Part shown: positions 55,200 through 64,000 of the stretch, piece by piece | Position numbering within the stretch: position 1 is the first letter of the stretch | Layout: each line of letters opens with the position of its first letter | Assembly (NCBI GenBank): GCA_951406725.2 | Contig: OX597829.1 | Location: 52,142,001-52,206,000, forward strand | Direction of reading: 5' to 3' | From: Octopus vulgaris | Taxonomy: Eukaryota | Length of the DNA: 64,000 nucleotides | Position numbers and translations under genes: made by a program | Notes under the pieces: generated by a model | Told to the model about the DNA's origin: nothing | What the model saw: the letters and a program-made list of their open reading frames with translations, nothing else | Database searches by the model: none

Positions 55200-55745
55200 T
55201 TTTCCTTCACATATTTTCAGACATTTGGGTCATTCCTTGTGCATTTGTAGAAGGGGAAGGTTTTGAATTTTTCTTCTCCACATATTTCTTTTTTTCTAAA
55301 GTTTAATTTTGGTGAGAACTTATGAAGTGTAGCTCCATTGTTTTTCAGAAGTTTAGGTCATTCCCTTGTGCATTTGTAGAACGGGAAGGTTTTGAATTTT
55401 CCTTCTCCACATATTTCTAAATGTTTGCTCAGTGGAATTTTCCATAGCTCCTCCTGTAGGAAGTGCTGTCTATAGATTCTTGTGTGTTGACAAAGGGAAT
55501 TATTGGTTTTTCCCAATATAATTCTCTTTGCATTTGGGGCAAGTAATGCAGTATATGAGGTTTTGTGTCTTGCAGTTCATATTTGCACTTACTTTGAATA
55601 AGAATCACTCTTAAATTTTATGTGAGTGTCCCCCGTCTATATTGTTATTATTGTTGTTGCATATTCTACATCTGCTGTCTACCTTTATGGAGAATTTTGT
55701 TTCATTTTCTGATGTGAATTTTGCTCTTGTAAGTTGTTTTTTTCT
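55200..55745 (-). mobile_element. Degenerate Neptune-like PLE linker/GIY-YIG fragment with a short tandem duplication
   Basis: LTRAKF...SRCRIC...NLIYCITCPKCKENYIG. An ~80-bp block repeats at ~55215-55290 and ~55345-55420. Confidence 0.65.
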
Positions 55746-57702
55746 TTCTTTCTTCTCCCTTGCTTGGCAAACCCCACAAATCTTTTATATATAAAAAGGC
55801 CAAGAAATCTAGCTTTAAACCACTTTTTGATAAATTTGATAATGGAAGAAAGCGCTAAAAGTCTAAATAAAATGTAGATAATATATATATATGAAATCGA
55901 AATTTGGTGACTGGCACCCGTGCCAGTGGACCGCTGACAGCTCCATCCGATCCGAACGGGATTACTGCCAGAGCAGTTGTCTAGCTTCTGTGCCGGTGGT
56001 GCATAAAAAGCACCATTTGAGCATGATCATTACAGGCGTCGCCTTACTGGCACTTGTGCTGGTGGCACGTGAACAAAACATTCTAGTGAGGTTGTCGCCA
56101 GTGCCGCTAGACTGTCTCCTGTGCAGGTGACACAAAAAAAACATCATTTGTGTGTGGCCGTTGCCAGTACCACCAGACTGGCCCTCGTGCCGGTGGCACG
56201 TAAAAGCACCCACTACACTCTTGGAGTGGTTGGCGTTAGGAAGGGCATCCAGCTGTAGAAACACTGCCAAATCAGATTGGAGCCTGCTGCAGCCATCTGG
56301 TTCGCCAGACCTCAGTCAAATCGTCCAACCGATGCTAGCATGGAAAGCGGACGTTAAACGATGATGATATATATAATCATCCAGCATTCTGACTTCCTTA
56401 TTATTTTAAATATACAATATCTGCACATCACTTCAAAAACTCTCTCTGTCTCTGTCTGTTTTCTCTCTCTCTCTCTACACACACACACTTTTTCCAACTT
56501 AATTTTCAACAAATACACTTCAGATAGTGTAGATTCTGATTCTATCTGAATTCGTTGTGAAAAAATTTGCTGTGGGAGGGAGGAGTTTCGCAAAATTCAC
56601 ACAAGTTAGTTTTGTTTTCTGATAATCTTTAGAAAAATTGGGTATATTTAATGAAATCTTCTACAAACACTTTTCAGAGTATGTAAACTACAAATATATC
56701 GTAATTTGATATGAAAAGAAAAGTAGTTAGCACACACACATACTGACATGTATTACAATTTATTTTTCGAAATTTCTACTTTCATTTTGTATATATATAT
56801 GTGACGTGTGTCAGTGTGTATGTGTATAAGCCTACCAAATTTATTTTTTCATATTAAATTCCGATTTAATCGTAATCTGCACACAGTGAAATGTATTTAT
56901 AGAAAATTTCATATAAAAGTATTCATTTTTCTGAACGTTATGAGGAAACAAATCAGACTTGTGTGGATTTTTCGAAATTCCTCACCTCACTCACCCTTGG
57001 AAAAAAAAAACAAAAAAAAAACAACTTTTTGAACACATATTCCGATAAAATGAGAATCTACACCATCTGAAGCATATTTGTAGAAAATTTCATTATAAAA
57101 TATCTATTTTTCTGTAAGTTATGAGGCAAGAATGTCACGGAGGGAGGGAGCACATATCTGTAGGAACGCCCGCATGGCCAGACTTACTTTTGTACCCGCC
57201 AAAAACACCCCTTTTATTTATTTATTTTATACACAAACCCCACGTTTTCGGGTACGGAGAATACAAATTTGCAAAAAAATTGGCATTTTGAAATTACTCC
57301 TTTAAATTCTTCATTTTAAACTTTTTTCAGAATTTTTTTTCTTTCAAAATATGGAGATTATGATATTTTGAAAATAAAATTTCCCTAAATTTTTGTAAAA
57401 TTTTTTTTTTATCAAAATATGCGGAACGCATACATACAAACACACACACACATGTGTGAGTGTGCATATATATATATGTATGTGTGTGTGTGTGTGTGCA
57501 TATATATCCTTGGGGGGGGGGGGATATAAATCCGGGGAAGCGTACTCTTAAGAAATACAGCAGTCTATATTTATTACTGGTGAAGGCCAGTTTATAGGGT
57601 TACCCTTTATGGCGAGAAAACCAAGGTAACCCTATAAATCGGTTTTCATCAGTAATATATATATATATATAGTTCCATTCTTCCGGTTAGCATAACCATA
57701 TA

Positions 57703-57735
<33 letters not shown>

Positions 57736-58002
57736 GATGTATACATATATGGTGTATGTATATATATGGTGTATATAATATACATATGGTGATGCAAACC
57801 GGTAAAATAGAACTCAAAACACGAGTGTATATTTTTATTAATATTTAGCAGAAGCAACTCAAGGGTCGAGAGTTCTGTGCGTTATCAAAGGCGATCCGTC
57901 TGAAGGCCCTCAGACGAGACGTCTTTGCAGATAAGCACCTTGTGGGTGCGAAACCGGTGGTCACTGACCGATCATAACAAAAAACCTTATTATATGTGTA
58001 TA

Positions 58003-58396
58003 CTAGCAGTATCGCCCGGCGTTGCTCGGATTTGTAAGGGAAATAACTATATAAGCATTTTTAGAGAGTTATAGCCAAAAATTAGCAAAAAAAAAATGCA
58101 TTAAAAATGGGAAAAAGAATAATGGTAATTTTTTTTTTTAAATCGTTGACTCCTCGTAGACATACTTAGAGAGTTACTTCCCTTAGCGAAAAAAATGCAT
58201 TAAAATGGAAAAAAAATGATGGTAATTTTTTTTTAATCGTACTCATCGTAGACGCACGCTAATACCCAGAAGGGTTCGATATGAATCACGACTATAAGAT
58301 ACCTGGTTTTGGTTAAACTGCACCGCAAAATGTGGGAGTAGTTAGGAATCTAAATCGTAGGAGACAGACACACAACTTGACTTTTATATATAAAGA
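58003..58396 (-). mobile_element. Non-autonomous Helitron
   Basis: The minus strand starts A|TC, has subterminal hairpin CCGAGCAACGCCGGG and ends CTAG|T. Internal ~100-bp duplication. Confidence 0.75.
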
Positions 58397-58637
58397 TTTG
58401 TGTGTGTGTTTGGTCAATTAAGCCTTTCAAAGCGTTGCTCCAGCATGACCGCAGTCCAATGCTTGAAACAAGTGAAAGACGAAAGAAATATACACATATA
58501 GATAGACACACACACCATCTATCTATCTATCTTTCTATGTAAGTATTTTGTGCAGAAGAAACAAATGGGAAAAATAGGCAGTTGCTTGCTGAAACGACAT
58601 TTAAAGTTATTTCGCTCTTTTCATCAGCTCCGATCAC

Positions 58638-58662
58638 CACCTGATCACGTGATCCGCAGCTG
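58638..58662 (+). promoter_or_regulatory. Cluster of three E-boxes, candidate BCKDK promoter
   Basis: CACCTG, palindromic GATCACGTGATC and CAGCTG within 25 bp in unique CpG-containing sequence. A CCG|GTGAGT donor lies just downstream at 58720. Confidence 0.5.
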
Positions 58663-58719
58663 ATTCCTTAATTCTCTTGCAGCAGCGAAGAAGGATAAAG
58701 AAAACAGAGAGTGTGACCG

Positions 58720-58986
58720 GTGAGTGGAGGAAAGAAGAAGAAGAAGAAGAAGAAGGAGAAGACGACGCTTGGTTCGAAAAGCGGATAAAAGTGTTGGAGA
58801 GGGGGGGATAAAAAGAACTGCTGAGAGAGTGAGGGGGGCGAGAGAGAGAGAGAGAGACAGCGTGAGAGGGAAAGACAGAGGGAGGGAGAAGGAGTGAAAA
58901 ACTGAGTGTGAGGGAATTAAAGAAAGAGAGAGAAAGAGAGAAAATCTCAAACTGCAAAAAAAGTGAAAAACTAAAATTTATACATA

Positions 58987-59022
<36 letters not shown>

Positions 59023-59358
59023 CACACATACACACACACACACACATATATATATATACACACACACGGACACACACACAACGTCCACTCACACCTATAT
59101 ATATATATATATATATACATATATATATGTAAATATACACATGTATATATGTATATACAATCACACACTAAACACTGTGCGCTGGAAACTTATTGAGTTC
59201 TGAAGTAAATCTTTAACGGGACGTATTGATATTGAGGAGGGAAAAAAAAGTACGTTTATTCGCTCCAGTGTTTTCTTAACAGAAAAGGAAAAAAAAAAAT
59301 TATAGCAAGAAAAAAGAAAAAAAGAAAAAGAAAAGAAATTTTTTTTTTTTTTTTCCAG
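58720..59358 (+). other. Putative 5'-UTR intron of BCKDK
   Basis: GTGAGT donor at 58720. Long poly-T plus CCAG acceptor ending at 59358. Confidence 0.5.
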
Positions 59359-59924
59359 AATTTGAGATTTTCAGTTTTTCTGGGTTGAAGCAAGCAACAT
59401 TTGAATTACTGCTTGTATTTGCGGGAATTCTTTTCTTTTAAATAATTCACTGTGTGTGGTGTTTATTAATAGATGTGAGTGACTACGTGCGAGTCTCTTG
59501 ATTATTTTAATCGCCATTCCATGCAAGTTAAGGAGGATTCCTTCTTTGGTCAGCTCTGAGAGAGAAGAAGAAGAAAGCCAGAAAAAAAAGGGGAAAAAAC
59601 AGAAAGGTGAAAAACAGCCCAGAGACATTACATAAGAAGGATACCAAGAAAAGGGACCAGGAGGCAAGCAGCGAATACGAAATAACGATTAGCACACCTT
59701 ACTGTCTTTTGTTTCGGAGTGTGAACTGAGTTTTATTGTTTAATTTCTGTTCTTTTATGTATACACACATATATAAAAGGCAGTTGATGTGTTGGAGCGA
59801 TCATCATACAGGAAAACCAAAGATGAATCCGTCGCGAAATAATATCCCTAGATATTGGTCATAGTACTTGGTGAGTACTTGGTGGTTTGTTGGAGGATTT
59901 TTAACGACCACTGTCCTCTGCAGC

Positions 59925-60128
59925 ATGAGGGTCATATCTCAGGGACTACCACAAAGGGACATATTGTCCAGGACTACTAGCATCGTCCTGAAAAATGTCA
60001 TCGGCACCACTCAAGGAAGGAAAGCTTTCTCGGATGAAGCCTATTACCAAGCTCCAGAAATTCGCGAAAGGTCACGATCTGTTGCACATTTCTACAACCA
60101 GAGTGCCATAGACAAGGCTGTAAATAAG
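59925..60128 (+). CDS. BCKDK: Branched-chain alpha-ketoacid dehydrogenase kinase, first coding exon (68 codons, phase-0 donor)
   Basis: Ends RERSRSVAHFYNQSAIDKAVNK, matching recalled human BCKDK RERSKTVTSFYNQSAIDAAAEK. The N-terminus is R/S/T-rich and transit-peptide-like. AAG|GTGAAT donor at 60129. Confidence 0.88.
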
Positions 60129-60782
60129 GTGAATATCCACTCTCATATCTTATCTTACTTTTATCTGTATTTCTCATTTGTTTATTTTAAATGTTTACAA
60201 TTGAAATGATTATCAAAAATAATTTGCTTTTTTTTGTGTCTTGAAATGGTTTTTTTCTTTCTGTCTCTGTCCTTACTTTCAGTGCTTCAAAGTATAAATT
60301 CATTGTTTGTTCTTCTGTAAGTTTACAGTAAAGATAGTTTATAAGACAGCTTTGCAATGATTTCAAACATTCTATTAATTTATGATACATATATGTACTA
60401 TTGTTAGTCTTATATATATATATGTGTGTTTATATATATATATATGTGTGTTTATATATATATATGTGTGTTTATATATATATATGTGTGTTTATATATA
60501 TATGTGTGTTTATATATATATGTGTGTATATATATATGTGTGTGTATATATATATGTGTGTGTGTATATATATATATGTGTGTATATATATATGTGTGTA
60601 TATATATATATGTGTGTATATATATGTATGTGTATATATATATATGTGTGTGTATATATATATATATGTATATGTATGTGTATATATATATGTGTGTGTA
60701 TATATATATATATATGTATATGTATGTGTATATATATATGTGTGTGTATATATATATATATATGTATATGTATGTGTATATA

Positions 60783-60817
<35 letters not shown>

Positions 60818-60824
60818 GTGTATA

Positions 60825-60855
<31 letters not shown>

Positions 60856-60862
60856 GTGTATA

Positions 60863-60893
<31 letters not shown>

Positions 60894-62845
60894 GTGTGTA
60901 TATATATGTGTGTATATATATATATGTGTATATATATGTGTGTATATGTGTATATGTATATATATGTGTATATGTATGTGTGTATGTATGTATGTGTATA
61001 TGTGTGTATGTGTATATGTGTATATGTGTATGTGTATATGTGTGTATGTGTATATGTGTGTATGTGTATATGTATATATATGTGTATATGTATGTGTGTA
61101 TGTATGTATGTGTATATGTGTGTATGTGTATATGTATATATATATGTATGTGTATATATATATATAGTTCATGTATAAAAGTACATATATAATTACGTTA
61201 ATAGTGCATTATTATTATATCATGTTTCAGCAATGTTCCTTTTATGATTTTTGATTCTTTGCCACATTTTTGTATTTACTTTGCTTCTGAAGTTGAAATG
61301 GTTGATATAAAAATGACCCTTAACCGTTCTTCCTTTCTTTCTCTCTCTCTCTCTCTCTTTGAAATTTGGTTTCGTTTTCACTCAAACTACTTCGATTTAA
61401 ATCTTTTCTAATAATATAAACCCAACAACTAATTTCAGTGACTGCGTATTTTATTTCAAACGAATTTTGAATAAATCTAATACAAATTGTTTTAGATGAA
61501 AACTAAGAATTAGTTGGTGCTGCTAATATATTTAAAAAAAAAAATCTATTTACATTTTTACTTAATTAGACACAACGTACACAACAGTCTGAGCCCATTG
61601 TTGAGAATAAAGGCAATGTCTATATTTATTTACAATATATTGTTTAGCATTGTCTTGTGTATGTATGTATGTATGTAATATATATGTGTGTATGTATCAA
61701 CTTGGCTGGGAAGTCTAGGCTTTTGTAACACGTGTGGGAATGAATATATTGTAATGATATGGAATTAGAAAAGAATTTTTTCCCCCTTCTTTTAGTTTCA
61801 TATTGAAAAAAATTAATGAAGTTATTTTATAAAAGTTGCTACGGTGTAAGACTAGAAGTTTCGACTTTAATGCGAAATATGACAATATCCATCATAGATC
61901 ATAATATTTTTTTTTTTATGAGACATCGAGGCAAATTTTCATGGGAGAACATGCAAAGTTAATTAAATACCCTCCCTCTCTAAACTAATTCTTAATTGGC
62001 TTCTTCTGTTCGTTTTAGATATTTACAATATTTTTGTTTTCATAAACCTCTTTACACATTTGTTTGTTTTTAATAAACTATTTTTTTTTTCTCTATATAC
62101 AACAAAAGGGAAATGAGATTGTGTGACGTTCATTCTTTTTCAAGGACAATAAACGTGACTGACGCAAAATTTGTGCAGCCGAGTATCGAAACTAACACCG
62201 TAGAATCGGCCTACTTCAATCTACCACATTTTTGTGTTTTTAATCCAAAGATGCCATTATATTATACTGAAATAAAAAATATATATATTTTCCCCTTCTC
62301 ATTTGAGTAATCTTAGAATAGCTAGAACCATGTTCATCTCTGTTTAATGCCATCCTTAGTAGAGGCCTCGTTGGGTTGTATGTATCTGGAATATTAAACC
62401 TTACAAGGCTGCACATGCTATTATAGCGATTAATTGCTGTACTAATTGTGTTGGATTAATTAAACAGGATGGCTTTGGTTTAGCTGCCGTGATTATCACA
62501 TGTTGACTTTCATGGAGAAAGCACTTTAGAAATGTCAGTAACGTTTTCATTATTTTTTTTTTCTATTGGGGGGGTTATCCGGTGAACATTTTCAATATTC
62601 TACGCAAGCCTCCGCTAAATCAGTCGTGCGTGGGTCTGCATAGACGACTAGAACAGACAAGTCAGTTCTATTTTGGGAGGGAGTTATGTAACCATCCGTC
62701 CAGTAATTGGTACTTTTCCTCCTCTACATCAGAAAATAAAAGGCGAATTAAACTTGCCAAAGAATTTGAATTCAGAACTTCAAGTCATTCATCGAAGGCT
62801 CTACTGATTTCATACATTCATACAATCGTGCACGTGTATACACGT

Positions 62846-62882
<37 letters not shown>

Positions 62883-64000
62883 GCTTGTTGCAGAAGCTTT
62901 ATTTTTTTTATTACCTTTCTTAAAGTCAGTAAAAGTTACTATTACGTAAGTTACTAAAATGAACGCACATCACTATTAAAAAAAAAATTTTAACAGGTAG
63001 TTTGATGGAGGGTATATGGTTGTCTCGTGTAGAGGTTGCCGGTTCTGTCTGACATGCAGATTGATCGGTGTGAGAATGCACACACGCATATCCAGACACA
63101 TATTCAGACACTCATGCACACGTGTACAAAAACGTGCGGACCGGCACAGATTGTGCGATGTGGGGGAGTTCACCTTTCGGCTCAGTACTATGCTCTTCAG
63201 GCTGAAAGACGATTATTCGGCGAAGAAACACGTATATAAGCGTGTGTGTGTGTGTGTGTGTGTATGGAAGTGTGGGGGATTAGTGGTTAAAGTGTTGGAC
63301 TCCTGGTCATGAGCTTATCTAGCAAGAATAGGTAATCCTGCGACGGACCGGCTTCTTGAGCAGTGGAGGTAGTATACAATCGCCAACCATACATACATAT
63401 ATGTTTGTTATTAAGATAAGCGAGCTGGCAGAATCGGTAGCACGCCGGGCGTTTCGTCCGTCCTTATGTCCGAGTTCGAATTCCGCCGGAGTCGACTTTG
63501 CCTTTCATCCTTTCAGAGTTTATAAATTAAGAGCGGAGGTAAAGAATACGTACACCACACCTTTTTGGTTTAACAAAATCCCTAAACACCGGGTGTACGT
63601 ATTCTTACACTGGGGTCGATGTAATCCTCTCCCCCCAAAATTTCACTCCTTGTGTCTTTAGTAGAAAGGATTATTATTATTATTATTATTTATACTAAAC
63701 ATACATATATATGTATGGTTTACATTTATTTGTGCAGTATTCAGTACTTATTTAATACTGAAAATGATCCTTTCTATAGACACACATTTAATGTTCAAAG
63801 ATATTTTAAAATTAGACCAGTCTATATATTTACTCCTTACAGTGTGAGGGGAAATATACGAGTTTGTTTTAAATGTGGTGTAAGTATCCACAAGCACCAT
63901 GTGGTGCAACACTCGAAATTTTTTTTTTTTTTCTTCTATTAAAAATTTAACTACAGTATTTTGGGCTGAAACGCATAAAAGAATAACCGTTAATACGTAG

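Noticed and set aside
59868-60209. 113-aa ORF as a complete protein
   Set aside because: The TTG start is not credible in a eukaryote and the sequence after 60128 is intronic; only 59925-60128 is supported.

Overview
AT-rich, microsatellite-dense eukaryotic DNA. The SINE and microsatellite landscape suggests an octopus or other coleoid cephalopod (inference). Most of the window is transposon debris: tRNA-derived SINEs, RTE/CR1/R4 LINE fragments, Tc1/mariner, hAT, pogo, Helitron and piggyBac-like MITEs. Most ORFs in the supplied track are microsatellite translations. One host gene starts near the right end: the first coding exon of BCKDK (59925-60128), with a candidate promoter and 5' UTR. The main structure is a young Penelope-like retroelement (PLE; RT plus GIY-YIG, one frameshift) enclosed by two near-identical 2.1-kb inverted repeats. 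Each repeat ends in a minimal hammerhead-ribozyme motif with a compensated U3-A8 core. Related inverted or tandem 3'-end architectures, several with hammerhead-like motifs and sitting in (TA)n, recur at about 9.1, 35.5, 41.1 and 51.1 kb.
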